From positions 448,001 through 512,000 of the forward strand of contig CAXXSL010000016.1 in assembly GCA_963675525.2 (NCBI GenBank): a stretch of 64,000 nt of DNA. Direction: 5' to 3'. This document shows, in pieces, positions 48,210-58,642 of the stretch. Source of the DNA: Anaerohalosphaeraceae bacterium (GTDB taxonomy: Bacteria > Planctomycetota > Phycisphaerae > Sedimentisphaerales > Anaerohalosphaeraceae). Position 1 is the first letter of the stretch; each line of letters begins with the position of its first letter. Under the pieces are notes generated by a model. That model saw only the letters and a list, made by a program, of their open reading frames with translations. It made no database searches and was not told the origin of the DNA. Made by a program: the position numbers and the translations under genes.

Positions 48210-49163
48210 ATGAGAGGGACTCAGGGTAATATGGGAGATTCATGCAAACAAAATGATTTATTCGACCACTCCGAAATCACCTTTTCTGAAATATTTAATA
48301 GCACAAATCAGGGTATTCTGGTTGCCGATATCGAGACCCAAAAATTCACCTATGCCAATCCGGCCATCTGCAGCATGCTGGGTTACGCCCAAGAGGAATT
48401 ACTTCAATTGGGCATTCCGGATGTTCACCCGAAAGATTTTTTAGATAAAGCAATCGCAGGATTTGAAAACCTTAAAAACGGCTCAAAAAAACCCGGTGAG
48501 CTCATTTTTTTACGAAAAGACAGGAGCCTCTTATACGTATGGGGTGATGGGGCTGTTATAACCATTCACGGGAAAAAATATGGATTTGGTTTTTTCTCAG
48601 ATATCACAGAGCAAAAAAAACTGGAAAAGGAACTGACCGCAAGCGAACAAAAATATCGCGCATTGTATCATCAAGCGCGAATTGCTTTGTATCGAACGCG
48701 TATCAGTGACGGTAAAATGCTGGAATGCAATGAGGCGCTGGCTAATTTATTTGGATACGCCACGGTTGAAGAATGCCTTGGCCAACATGCGACAGAGCAC
48801 TATGTCGATCCGGTCAGCAGGAAGAAACTTTTGGAAAAACTACAGCGGGAAAAGGAAATCCATGATTTTGAAATTCAGATTGTTCGCCTTGATGGAACCC
48901 GGGGATGGATGGAAGTTTCCGCTAAAATTTACCCTCAACAGGGATATTTAGAGGGAACCATGAAAGATATTACGGCGTCCAAACTGTTAACGGAAACAGA
49001 AAAAAAGGTGCTGAATCATGTTTTGCAGGGAAAAAGTAATAAAGAAATCGCCAACCTCTTGAACCGGTCCATTCGTACGGTCGAGGATCACCGGGCCCAT
49101 ATCATGCAAAAACTACATGCTCATAATTTAATCGAATTAGTTCAACAGGCTCAATCCATATAA
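48210..49163 (+). CDS. PAS-PAS-LuxR one-component regulator
   Basis: Two PAS domains; LT.TEKKVL..VLQGKSNKEIA..L.RSIRTVEDHRAHIMQKL. Confidence 0.92.
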   Translation: MRGTQGNMGDSCKQNDLFDHSEITFSEIFNSTNQGILVADIETQKFTYANPAICSMLGYAQEELLQLGIPDVHPKDFLDKAIAGFENLKNGSKKPGELIFLRKDRSLLYVWGDGAVITIHGKKYGFGFFSDITEQKKLEKELTASEQKYRALYHQARIALYRTRISDGKMLECNEALANLFGYATVEECLGQHATEHYVDPVSRKKLLEKLQREKEIHDFEIQIVRLDGTRGWMEVSAKIYPQQGYLEGTMKDITASKLLTETEKKVLNHVLQGKSNKEIANLLNRSIRTVEDHRAHIMQKLHAHNLIELVQQAQSI

Positions 49164-49718
49164 ATCCAGCCCCAAAAAAACAAGAAAAAATAATTTTTAC
49201 ATAATATTTGCCCCCCTAAAACCATTTTTTTAGGCCAAAAAACCGGTTTCTATGAAATCCCGTAGTTACCACGATTGTATGATTGAATCGATTCATTTAG
49301 ATTTATAGCTGTATAAGTGGAGGATGGGAAGATGCTGAGGAGAGGTCCCCATTTTCAACCATCCTACTAAGGGTTGTAAATTGTGTGCGCAGGAAGTTGT
49401 GTTTCCTGTAAATACGGAGAGGAAAGATGAAAAGAACATTTGCATGGGTCCTATATACCTTTCCTCCTTCTGTAATTCTGCGCAGCAATTTTTCCACCGA
49501 CACACACTTCACAACTCCACGGTATATTTAGACGAGGGGTGAAAGAGATTTTTTTTGGATGAGGATGAGGAATGTGATGAAAAGAGGAAAAATTGAGAGA
49601 TTCCGCCTTGGGTCAGGAAGGTTGGGAGATGCTCTTTTATTCCTAACTTGCTTTCATCAATCAGCTCACCTTTTCTTTGGATGAAAACGCGTTTTTTCAA
49701 GGAAAGGAGAAAGATGGT

Positions 49719-50285
49719 ATGGTAAGAATATTGATGATTTTTTTCTCTGTGTGTTTAGTGCTTCTCTTGGCGGTGCCGGCAGAAGCGGGTGTGGAGGTTG
49801 TCGGTGTCGATGTTGTTCAGACAAATTATACCGCCGGGACAGGTGTATTATTGATGGACGACAGTGGTTTGGTGGTTACTATAGACTATGATGACAGTCC
49901 GACCCAGGGCGAGATTAGTCCCGCCGGTTTCACGCTGAGTACCAACTTTGTTTCCGGAATGCAATTTGCGGGTGGAACGTTTGAGTTTATTGATGAAAAT
50001 GATTCATCGGTAATTATTTCAGGGAATGTTTTGACTGTCAACTTTGAAGAGGCTGTTGGGTTTTTGGTAGGAAATGGTACGGCCCAGGTATTGGTGTCAA
50101 ATTTAGCCGGTTATCCTGTGGGTCCTTCTGATATCGTTTCAATTACTTTTAACCTGGATCCTGCTTTTACGGACTTTGGTCAGGATTATGCAGGTGACTC
50201 AAAGGTGAACTTCCTTGTTCCGGAACCAACAACACTGGCCCTGTTGGGCTTGGGCGGGTTGCTATTGCGAAAGCGTAAAGCATAA
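49719..50285 (+). CDS. PEP-CTERM sorting domain protein
   Basis: AAGGAG RBS, signal peptide, VPEPTTLALLGLGGLLLRKRK. Confidence 0.92.
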   Translation: MVRILMIFFSVCLVLLLAVPAEAGVEVVGVDVVQTNYTAGTGVLLMDDSGLVVTIDYDDSPTQGEISPAGFTLSTNFVSGMQFAGGTFEFIDENDSSVIISGNVLTVNFEEAVGFLVGNGTAQVLVSNLAGYPVGPSDIVSITFNLDPAFTDFGQDYAGDSKVNFLVPEPTTLALLGLGGLLLRKRKA

Positions 50286-50311
50286 GTTATTTTTGAGAAC
50301 AGAATGCAAAG

Positions 50312-50350
50312 AAAACCTGCCGGAGCTTGTTCTCTTGCAGGTTTTTTTTT
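50312..50350 (+). terminator. Intrinsic terminator
   Basis: AAAACCTGC...GCAGGTTTTTTTTT. Confidence 0.65.
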
Positions 50351-50438
50351 GCGTTAGAGAGGAGGGAAGATGCTCGTCTGCATCGTTCCCTGAAAAAAAA
50401 CACTGTTTAAGTGTGTACTGTATGCAGGGAGAGGGAAC

Positions 50439-51293
50439 ATGAAAAAGCTAATCACAATTTACATGATCGTGGGAATACTTCTGTCCACAAGCATCACCGC
50501 ACAGGCTATTATGGATGGTCAAGTCGATTACAGTACAGATTCACTTGGTCTCTACTATCAAATCACAGGAGGCATATTTACCAACGGCCAAACCTACAAT
50601 GGCGATAATGCCAGTGGAGGCGTCTTGCGTTATATTCATGATGACCCAGACGACACAACATACGCTAATGCTTTTCAACAATGGGCACGTGACGACTGGT
50701 TTGAGGAAACCGCCGGACTGGCTCTTACGATGAAGAACAATGATACCATCGTTTACAATAACAACGGTATTGAAGACGGTACCCACGGCGGTTTTTACGA
50801 TGATACGCAGACGTCGGTCGCAGGTCTTTATATGTCGTATGCCATGTCAAACAATTATGACTGGATATACTCCGGTTATTTCAAGCTGGAAGAAGCCACT
50901 GCCGTCGATACTCTTATCGGTTATTTTGACGGCACCGGTTATTATGGGAATTTTGACCCGGACAATCCACTCATCGGCTATCGAATGAATGTTTGGAACT
51001 GTGTAATGGATGGGGTCTACCCGATGCCCTCGAACAACACCTTTACGGGCGATGTCTTCAGTAGTGACAATATGGCGGGTACTTTTGCCTGGAGTGATAC
51101 CGGCGTGGCCCGACATTATTCCGGTTGGGGAGATGGTGTCACCGATCCGATTTATCGTCTCGAATACACTCTCGATACACCGCTGATCCTGCCTGCCGGG
51201 GAGTATTTCTTTAGTCACGATGCTACGATTCCCGAACCGGCAACGCTGGCACTGCTGGGCTTGGGCGGGCTACTGCTGCGTCGTAAGAAATAA
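50439..51293 (+). CDS. PEP-CTERM sorting domain protein
   Basis: Signal peptide; IPEPATLALLGLGGLLLRRKK. Confidence 0.93.
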   Translation: MKKLITIYMIVGILLSTSITAQAIMDGQVDYSTDSLGLYYQITGGIFTNGQTYNGDNASGGVLRYIHDDPDDTTYANAFQQWARDDWFEETAGLALTMKNNDTIVYNNNGIEDGTHGGFYDDTQTSVAGLYMSYAMSNNYDWIYSGYFKLEEATAVDTLIGYFDGTGYYGNFDPDNPLIGYRMNVWNCVMDGVYPMPSNNTFTGDVFSSDNMAGTFAWSDTGVARHYSGWGDGVTDPIYRLEYTLDTPLILPAGEYFFSHDATIPEPATLALLGLGGLLLRRKK

Positions 51294-51429
51294 GCATCAA
51301 ATGACTGTAAAGGCGGCAGAACAGAGAAATTTTAATGGACTTCATCATAAGAGGAGAAGGCAAGAGACTATTTTTGCCAATCTCAACGAGTCTGTAGATG
51401 AGATCACGGAAGCTCTCATCACCCTCGAA

Positions 51430-51466
51430 GCCGGGATTCCTGAAAAAAGGATTTCCGGTTTTTTTA
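51430..51466 (+). terminator. Intrinsic terminator
   Basis: GCCGGGATTCCT...AGGATTTCCGGT followed by a T run. Confidence 0.65.
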
Positions 51467-51796
51467 TGCCGCTGCTATAAAGCAGTGTAGACCAACCATC
51501 GCCGTATCATTCTCGGCACCCACAGCCTCGATAAAACCGCACACAGGCATAAGATGGCATACAAGTGAAAATACAGTAAATACGTGCTTAAACAGGATTC
51601 AATCCCCATTTCAAAGCCAAAGTATGTGCAATAGATCGCTGATTTTCAAGGTTTTTATGCCACTGGATAGTATTTCGGCCTGAAATATCCTGTTTTGGAT
51701 TGAAAAAAATTTTTTTTCTTTTAAAGTAAAATGGTAGCGAACGGTGTTGTATAAGTGACGAACGTTCGATTTTGCGGTTTTTTTTGAGGATGTAAC

Positions 51797-52342
51797 GTGC
51801 TGGAAGATAAATTACTCATCAGAAAAATTAAAAAGGGCGACAAATCAGCCCTGCGATGGATCTATGAAAAGTACAAAGATGACCTGCTGCGGATCGCGGC
51901 CGGACTTTTGAAAACACGCTCAGACGCCGAAGACGTCGTGCACGAAGTATTCGTTAATTTCGTGCAGACAGTGGACCGGTTTATTCTGACCGGAAGCCTT
52001 CGCGGCTATCTGACAACCTGCGTGGCCAATAAAGCCCGTAACCTGAACCGTACAGAAGCACGCCACGCAACGGTGGGTCTGGACGACATCGACCCGCCTG
52101 CGGGACGCCTTCGAAGGCCCGACGAGTGGATCATCATGGATGAAGCCTTCAGCCAGCTTTGTGAGGCGATGACGACATTGCCGTATGAACAGCGTGAAGT
52201 CGTCATCCTCCGCGTCCAGGGGCGCATGAAATTCAGCACGATCGCCGCCCTGCAGGACACATCCGTTAAAACCGTCTTGAGTCGATACCGGTACGGCATA
52301 ACTAAACTGCGGACTCTTTTAAATGGAGAGATAGAATCATGA
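51797..52342 (+). CDS. ECF RNA polymerase sigma factor
   Basis: AEDVVHEVF, LRGYL...VANKARN, LPYEQREVVILR, TV.SRYRYG..KLR. Confidence 0.93.
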   Translation: MLEDKLLIRKIKKGDKSALRWIYEKYKDDLLRIAAGLLKTRSDAEDVVHEVFVNFVQTVDRFILTGSLRGYLTTCVANKARNLNRTEARHATVGLDDIDPPAGRLRRPDEWIIMDEAFSQLCEAMTTLPYEQREVVILRVQGRMKFSTIAALQDTSVKTVLSRYRYGITKLRTLLNGEIES

Positions 52343-53535
52343 GACCGACAGCCGACATAAAACAATTACTTAAAAAAACACCCATTAAAACAAATCCTGA
52401 GGTCAACCAGGCCGTTCTCAACGACCTGATGGACCGTCTGGATACGGTCACAGCGACGCCGACAGCGACGCCGCGGCCGAATACATGGAGACTTATCATG
52501 GAAAATAAAACCTTTAAAATGTCCAGCGCCGCCGCAGTGCTGCTGATTGCAGCGCTGGTGGGCGTCTCGCAGCTTGTGTTTGTCGCGCCAACCTTTGCGC
52601 AAATCATCGAGCCAATCCTGAAAGCCCACACCATCGCTTTCGATATGATCGTCGGCTCAGAAGACACAAGTCCTGCCATACATGATCGCATCAAGGGCCC
52701 CCGGATTCGGCGGACCATTTCGAATATGCCCAATATTGTACAGGTCATTGACACTGAGAATTCAAAGATGTTAACCTTGGCTGATGAAAACGGTAATAAA
52801 GTCGCCTCGTATATCAACATCGAAGGCCCAATCGCAGAAGGAACACAGTTCTTCCATAAATTCTTGCGAGGAAGCCTCTTAAACTTGAAAGACAATCCGG
52901 ATTTCGAACCGATTCGGCTTGAAAAACAGGAAATAGATGGACGAAAGGTCATTGGCTATGCTGCTGAAGATGAAACGTGCGGTATTAAAATCTGGGCCGA
53001 CACAAAAACATTCCTCCCGGTACGCATGGAGATTCAGGTTGGCCCTCAGTTTTACATCATCAAGAACTTTGAAATCGACATTCCTGTGGACGATGCGGAA
53101 GTCAGCATGGAAGTCCCGGAAAATTATACCCTTCGGGAAGCCCCTATTGATTTCTCAAATGTCTCGGAAGAACATCTGATTGAAAGTCTTAGATTCTGGG
53201 TCGAGGTTCTGTTGGAAGGACATTTCCCCGATTCCCTGACAACCGAAGACTATATGAACCAGATGCCCCAACTGGAAAGAAAACTGGCCCTGCTGGTGGA
53301 TACCCCTGAGTCGGAGAAGGAACAGATGGCTCTAAACTTCATCCGCGGGATGGTCTTCCTGCAGTTATTTGAAATGAAACAAATGGAACCGTGGCATTAT
53401 TCCGGCGGCGGCGTCAAGCTGGGTGATGCAGAGACGGCGATCTTCTGGTATCGGCCGAAAGATTCACAGACATATCGCGTCATTTACGGCGACTTGCATG
53501 TTGAAGACGCGGCGCCTGAGGAACTGCCAAAGTAA
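52339..53535 (+). CDS. Putative membrane anti-sigma factor with LolA-like periplasmic domain
   Basis: ATGA overlap with the sigma gene; short N-domain, WR.IM motif, single TM, IWAD.KT.LPVR. Confidence 0.78.
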   Translation: MRPTADIKQLLKKTPIKTNPEVNQAVLNDLMDRLDTVTATPTATPRPNTWRLIMENKTFKMSSAAAVLLIAALVGVSQLVFVAPTFAQIIEPILKAHTIAFDMIVGSEDTSPAIHDRIKGPRIRRTISNMPNIVQVIDTENSKMLTLADENGNKVASYINIEGPIAEGTQFFHKFLRGSLLNLKDNPDFEPIRLEKQEIDGRKVIGYAAEDETCGIKIWADTKTFLPVRMEIQVGPQFYIIKNFEIDIPVDDAEVSMEVPENYTLREAPIDFSNVSEEHLIESLRFWVEVLLEGHFPDSLTTEDYMNQMPQLERKLALLVDTPESEKEQMALNFIRGMVFLQLFEMKQMEPWHYSGGGVKLGDAETAIFWYRPKDSQTYRVIYGDLHVEDAAPEELPK

Positions 53536-53555
53536 TCCCGCTTATCACCATCCCC

Positions 53556-53586
53556 AAAAGCCGGACAGCAATGCCCGGCTTTTTTT
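53556..53586 (+). terminator. Intrinsic terminator
   Basis: AAAAGCCGG...CCGGCTTTTTTT. Confidence 0.8.
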
Positions 53587-53738
53587 GTGCCTATTCTGCA
53601 ATTTTGGGCGGCATTAGCCTGTTATCGCTTAAAAAATCGCATTTCTTTTATTTTTTCATTTTATTTAGATTAAAATAGCCCTGCGGTTCGTGAATCATAC
53701 AGAAATCGTGGATTTAACAATTAAGTGGCGAGCAGTCG

Positions 53739-54281
53739 ATGTTTGAAGATAAACAACTCATTTGGAATCTCAGGAACGGCAGCCCGGAAGCGCTGGGGGG
53801 CATCTATGAGAAATACCACGGCTATTTGCTCACCTTGGCAACGGCTCTTTTAAATGATGTCAATACCGCCGAAGATGCCATCCACGATTTCTTCGTCTCG
53901 TTTGCCCGAACCGGTCGGACACTCAAGCTCGAAGGCAGCCTCAAAGCCTATCTGGCCACATGCGTGGCCAATCGTGCACGGGACAGGCTGCGGGCGGCAA
54001 AACGGCAGCCGGCCGGACTGGAACGGGCCGAGTCAATCGGTTCGACAGCGGACTGCCCGGCATCGACGGCGGTCTGTAACGAAACGCTGCGACAGCTCAA
54101 CGGCGCCCTGGCACAGCTTCCGTACGAACAGCGTGAGGTCGTCATTCTGCATACACGAGGGCGCATGAAATTCAAGACCATCGCGGCCCATCAGAATGTC
54201 TCCACGCAAACGGTCCAGAGCCGGTACCGCTATGGACTGGAAAAGCTCAGAACACTTTTAAATGGACAGGTGACAAAATGA
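53739..54281 (+). CDS. ECF RNA polymerase sigma factor (paralog of 51797-52342)
   Basis: AEDAIHDFF, SLKAYLATCVANRARD, LPYEQREVVIL, TVQSRYRYGLEKLR. Confidence 0.93.
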   Translation: MFEDKQLIWNLRNGSPEALGGIYEKYHGYLLTLATALLNDVNTAEDAIHDFFVSFARTGRTLKLEGSLKAYLATCVANRARDRLRAAKRQPAGLERAESIGSTADCPASTAVCNETLRQLNGALAQLPYEQREVVILHTRGRMKFKTIAAHQNVSTQTVQSRYRYGLEKLRTLLNGQVTK

Positions 54282-55468
54282 AACCTGAAAAAATGATTGA
54301 AAACCTGATCGAACAGATCGATGTGACCCCGGACGAAGCTAAACATCGGAACACGCTGGATGCGATGCTTAAAGCACAGGCCGACTCCGAACCGACCGCG
54401 TCGGGCGGAACACATTTATCAATATGGAGAACCATTATGAAAACCAGATTAACTCAATTCACTGCGGCCGCAGCGGTTTTAATCGTAATTGCCGTCGTAG
54501 CGACACAATTAACCTTTGTTACACCGACATTTGCTCAAATCGTTGAGCCAATTCTAAACGCCAAAACAATTGCTTTCGATATGACCATCGGCCCGGAAGC
54601 CAGCGGCATTGTAATGCACGACCGTGTCAAGGGGTCGCGTATCCGCCGAACCGTCTCGAATTTACCGGATCAAGTCATGATTGTTGATACGGAAGGCAGT
54701 AAAATGCTGACGCTCGTCGAAAAGAACGGCACCAAAACGGCCACATATATTGACACCAAAGGACCCCTGCAGGAAGGAACGAAAAATTTCCTGGCGTTCA
54801 TCCGCGAGGTGATTATCAAGATAAAAGATCATCCCGGTTTTAAGCCCACGTCGCTTGATAAACAGGAAATCGACGGCCGGAAAGTTATCGGCTATGCGGC
54901 CGACAGTGATACTGAACATGTCAAAGTCTGGGCCGACGCCGAAACGCTGCTGCCGATGCGTGTGGAACTCGGGGTTGGGCAAGAGGCCTATGTCATCAAA
55001 AACTTTGAGTTTAATATCCCCATCTCGGACGAAGAAGTCAGTATGGAAGTCCCGGGAGGCTACACCGTTAAGCAGTCAGACTTCGATTTCTCAAATATTA
55101 CGGAAGAGAACCTGGTCGAAAGCCTGCGGGTCTGGGCCACGGTGCTGCTGGACAACCGATTTCCTGACAAACTCAATACGCCGGCTTATATGGATCAGGT
55201 GCCAAACCTTGAACAGAAGATCGGGGCACTGGATATTCCGGAAAAAGAAATGGAACAAATGGGTGTCAACTTTATCCAGGGCATGCTTTTTCTGCAGTCA
55301 TTTGAACTGCGCCACGAGGGCCCCTGGCATTATGCCGGAAAAGGCGCTAAATTCGGATCCGCAGACACACCGGTCTTGTGGTATCAACCTGCCGGCAGTC
55401 AGACATATCGCGTTATTTACGGCGATTTGACCATCAAAGATGTTGCTCCCGAGGACCTGCCGCAATAG
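54278..55468 (+). CDS. Putative anti-sigma factor (paralog of 52339-53535)
   Basis: Colinear with the first copy: PTFAQI.EPIL.A.TIAFDM, QEIDGRKVIGYAA, YRVIYGDL. Confidence 0.78.
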   Translation: MKPEKMIENLIEQIDVTPDEAKHRNTLDAMLKAQADSEPTASGGTHLSIWRTIMKTRLTQFTAAAAVLIVIAVVATQLTFVTPTFAQIVEPILNAKTIAFDMTIGPEASGIVMHDRVKGSRIRRTVSNLPDQVMIVDTEGSKMLTLVEKNGTKTATYIDTKGPLQEGTKNFLAFIREVIIKIKDHPGFKPTSLDKQEIDGRKVIGYAADSDTEHVKVWADAETLLPMRVELGVGQEAYVIKNFEFNIPISDEEVSMEVPGGYTVKQSDFDFSNITEENLVESLRVWATVLLDNRFPDKLNTPAYMDQVPNLEQKIGALDIPEKEMEQMGVNFIQGMLFLQSFELRHEGPWHYAGKGAKFGSADTPVLWYQPAGSQTYRVIYGDLTIKDVAPEDLPQ

Positions 55469-55489
55469 TTCACATCAATAACAACTATT

Positions 55490-55520
55490 AAAAAGCCGGG
55501 TTCATTGCCCGGCTTTTTTT
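55490..55520 (+). terminator. Intrinsic terminator
   Basis: AAAAAGCCGGG...CCCGGCTTTTTT. Confidence 0.8.
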
Positions 55521-55560
55521 ATTTTCATCTTGGGGGCGTTTCCAATATAATCAAGCTTTT

Positions 55561-55587
55561 CTGGATTCCCGCCTTCGCGGTAATGAC
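55561..55587 (-). repeat. REP-like palindrome (same family as 31644-31670)
   Basis: Reverse complement GTCATTACCGCGAAGGCGGGAATCCAG. Confidence 0.7.
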
Positions 55588-55636
55588 AGCGGTCACGCAA
55601 ATAACATAGGCGTCTCTTCTCCGAAAAGGAGTATCA

Positions 55637-56122
55637 ATGACATTTGGAAAACCAAAAGAAACGATTGTGGTCGGACTGGGTAATCCGCTGATGGCCGATG
55701 AGGGTGTCGGGACGGTTTTGGTGGATGAATTATCAAAGCTGGCTGCGGCAGGCAAACTGCCCTCTGAAACGATCGAATATTATGACGGCGGCTGCGGGGG
55801 AATGTATCTTTTGCATACCATCGCCGAACGCAAGAAAGCGATTCTGATTGACTGCTGTCTGATGGGCACCGAGCCGGGAACGATTAAACGGTTCACGCCG
55901 GATGATGTCAACAGCGTCAAGAAAATGGCTCACTTGTCGCTGCACGAAGTGGACATTCTCAAGGTGATTGAATTGGCAAAGCAACTCGGCCAGTGCCCGG
56001 AGGAGATCGTCATCTTCGGGATCGAACCGGTGAAAATCGAACCGCAGATGCACCTGAATGAGCTTATTAAAGCCAAACTCGATGATTATATCGCCGAGAT
56101 TTTCAAAGAACTGAAAAAATAA
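55637..56122 (+). CDS. Hydrogenase maturation protease (HyaD/HycI family)
   Basis: VVGLGNPLMADEGVG, DGG, ILID, PGT, SLHE, IFGIEP; AAGGAG RBS. Confidence 0.93.
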   Translation: MTFGKPKETIVVGLGNPLMADEGVGTVLVDELSKLAAAGKLPSETIEYYDGGCGGMYLLHTIAERKKAILIDCCLMGTEPGTIKRFTPDDVNSVKKMAHLSLHEVDILKVIELAKQLGQCPEEIVIFGIEPVKIEPQMHLNELIKAKLDDYIAEIFKELKK

Positions 56123-56123
56123 A

Positions 56124-58637
56124 ATGAAAGACTTTCTTGGGAAGGAATCAATCTTGTATAAGTTCCTTTTGATCGTAATCATCGCCGTCATTTTGAGTTC
56201 ATCGCCGGCGTTGGCAGAATCCTGGAAGCCCGTTGAAGGGCGGATCATGACTCAATGGGCCGAAGAGATCGACCCGCAAAACGCCCTGCCGGAATACCCC
56301 CGTCCTGCCATGATACGCGAAAACTGGCTCAACCTTAACGGCCTGTGGGATTATGCCATCGTTGAGAAAAACACTGATACGCCTAACCAGTGGAACGGCA
56401 GTATTCTGGTTCCTTATCCGGTCGAATCGGCATTGTCCGGCGTGGGCAAAAGGGTGGGTGCAGATAAAGCCTTGTGGTATCGTCGGCAATTTCCCGTTCC
56501 CCCACAATGGCAGGGCCAGCGTATCCTGCTGCATTTCGGTGCAGTTGACTGGCAAAGTACCATCTGGGTCAACGGCAAAGAAGTCGGCACACACAAAGGC
56601 GGTTATGATCCGTTTACCCTCGATATCACCGACGCATTGAAGGCGGACGCAGCACAGGAAATCATTATCCGCGTGTGGGACCCGACCGACCAAAAGAACA
56701 GTCCCATTCCCCGAGGCAAACAGCTCAACAATCCTAACAGTATCTGGTACACACCGGTCACCGGCATCTGGCAGACCGTCTGGCTGGAACCGGTACCGAA
56801 AGCCTGCATCAGATCGATCAAGGTGACACCAGACTTGGACAAGGGACAAATTCAAGTACAGGTCGCTGTCGAAGGTGTTAATTCGCAAACATATCAGGCT
56901 GATAAGTATTTTCTTTCAGTTGTCGTTTCGGAGGGAAAGGTGAAGGTGGCCTCCCTGATGGGCAGTCCTTTCCAAACACTGACACTGACAATTGATAACG
57001 CTAAAGAGTGGTCGCCGGAAGCTCCGTTTTTATATGATTTGACAGTGAATCTCACACAGGAAGACCGTCAGATCGACGAGGTCAAAAGCTATTTGGGGAT
57101 GCGAAAGATCGAAGTCAAAAAGGACAAAAAAGGAATTAACCGGCTGTTCCTCAATAACAAGCCGGTGTTCCAGTTCGGTCCCCTGGATCAGGGCTGGTGG
57201 CCGGACGGACTGTACACCGCACCGACTGATGAAGCGCTCCGATATGATATTGAAATGACCAAAGCCTGGGGGTTTAACATGCTGCGAAAGCACGTCAAAG
57301 TTGAACCGCAGCGGCTGTATTACTGGTGTGATAAACTGGGTGTGCTCATCTGGCAGGATATGCCCAGTTGTATTTTTAATCGCGATGCCTATTCTGACGA
57401 GGAACTACAGGAAATTGACGCCCAGTGGGAAACGGAGTGGAAGGCGATCATCGACGCTTTGTATCATCACCCCTCGATCGTCATGTGGGTGCCTTTTAAC
57501 GAAGGGTGGGGACAGTACGATACGGAGCGAATCACCGCCTGGACAAAAGCTTATGATCCGAGCCGTCTGGTCAACAACGCTTCCGGTTGGACGGATAAGG
57601 GCGTCGGCGATGTACATGACATCCATAACTATCCCAACCCGGATGTGCCTCCGCTTGAAGCCAAGCGTGCGTCTGTGCTTGGCGAGTACGGCGGATTGGG
57701 GATGCCCGTGAAAGACCATTTGTGGGAAATCGGCGGTAACTGGGGATACCAAACCTATCAGGACATGAGCGATCTTGAGCAGCGTTATGTTGTATTGACG
57801 CAAGATTTGTATCAACTGAAGGAAAAGGGATTGGCCGCGGCCGTTTACACGCAGACCACGGACGTCGAGGTCGAAGTGAACGGGCTGATGACCTATGACC
57901 GAAAAGTCATCAAGTTGAATCCGGAACGATTTGCTCCGCTAAACAAAGGGTATCTTCCGCCAAAATTCACGAGTGATCAGGCCATATTCACCGATTCAAT
58001 AGAGGTTGAACTGATCGGCGAGAAAAGGCTACAGATCCGATATACTCTGGATGGGTTGGAGCCGACGAAATCTTCGGCGCTTTACACTCAACCGATTCAC
58101 ATCGAACAGACAACAACCGTCAAAGCTTGCTGCTTCTGGCCTGATGGAACCGCCAGTCCATCAGTCAACAGAAAATTGCGCAAGGTCAAAGAGATAAAAG
58201 CAGTCATCGCCAATGTTCAGAATGCGGGATTAAAATACGCCTGCTTCGAAGGCCAATGGAATTCATTGCCGGATTTTTCGACGCTGAGAGCCACACAAAC
58301 CGGTATCGTTAAAACAATCAACCTTTCCTGTGTCAATAAGAGGGAGAATTTTGCCCTGAAGTTTACCGGTTTCATCAAAATACCTCTATCAGGGGTCTAT
58401 CAATTCACAACCAACTCTGATGACGGTACCATACTATTCTTAGGCGGCTCCGAATTAATTAATAATGACGGCGTTCACGGCATGAATGAAGTCTTGGGTG
58501 AAATCGCTTTAGAAGCCGGTTGGCACCCAATCGAATTGGTTTATTTTCAGGGCGTCGGCGGGCTTGGACTGGACGTCTCCTGGCAGGGACCGGGCTTTCA
58601 GCATACGCAGATCAGCGGTGATATGCTGGGCCATTAA
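56124..58637 (+). CDS. Secreted glycoside hydrolase family 2 with Fn3-like and PA14 domains
   Basis: LLHFGAVDW, H.GGY, TGIWQTVWLE, LDQGWWPDG, RKHVKVE, WVPFNEGWG, GEYGG; IRYTLDG.EPT; SDDG/NNDG.H PA14 motifs. Confidence 0.93.
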   Translation: MKDFLGKESILYKFLLIVIIAVILSSSPALAESWKPVEGRIMTQWAEEIDPQNALPEYPRPAMIRENWLNLNGLWDYAIVEKNTDTPNQWNGSILVPYPVESALSGVGKRVGADKALWYRRQFPVPPQWQGQRILLHFGAVDWQSTIWVNGKEVGTHKGGYDPFTLDITDALKADAAQEIIIRVWDPTDQKNSPIPRGKQLNNPNSIWYTPVTGIWQTVWLEPVPKACIRSIKVTPDLDKGQIQVQVAVEGVNSQTYQADKYFLSVVVSEGKVKVASLMGSPFQTLTLTIDNAKEWSPEAPFLYDLTVNLTQEDRQIDEVKSYLGMRKIEVKKDKKGINRLFLNNKPVFQFGPLDQGWWPDGLYTAPTDEALRYDIEMTKAWGFNMLRKHVKVEPQRLYYWCDKLGVLIWQDMPSCIFNRDAYSDEELQEIDAQWETEWKAIIDALYHHPSIVMWVPFNEGWGQYDTERITAWTKAYDPSRLVNNASGWTDKGVGDVHDIHNYPNPDVPPLEAKRASVLGEYGGLGMPVKDHLWEIGGNWGYQTYQDMSDLEQRYVVLTQDLYQLKEKGLAAAVYTQTTDVEVEVNGLMTYDRKVIKLNPERFAPLNKGYLPPKFTSDQAIFTDSIEVELIGEKRLQIRYTLDGLEPTKSSALYTQPIHIEQTTTVKACCFWPDGTASPSVNRKLRKVKEIKAVIANVQNAGLKYACFEGQWNSLPDFSTLRATQTGIVKTINLSCVNKRENFALKFTGFIKIPLSGVYQFTTNSDDGTILFLGGSELINNDGVHGMNEVLGEIALEAGWHPIELVYFQGVGGLGLDVSWQGPGFQHTQISGDMLGH

Positions 58638-58642
58638 ACACC

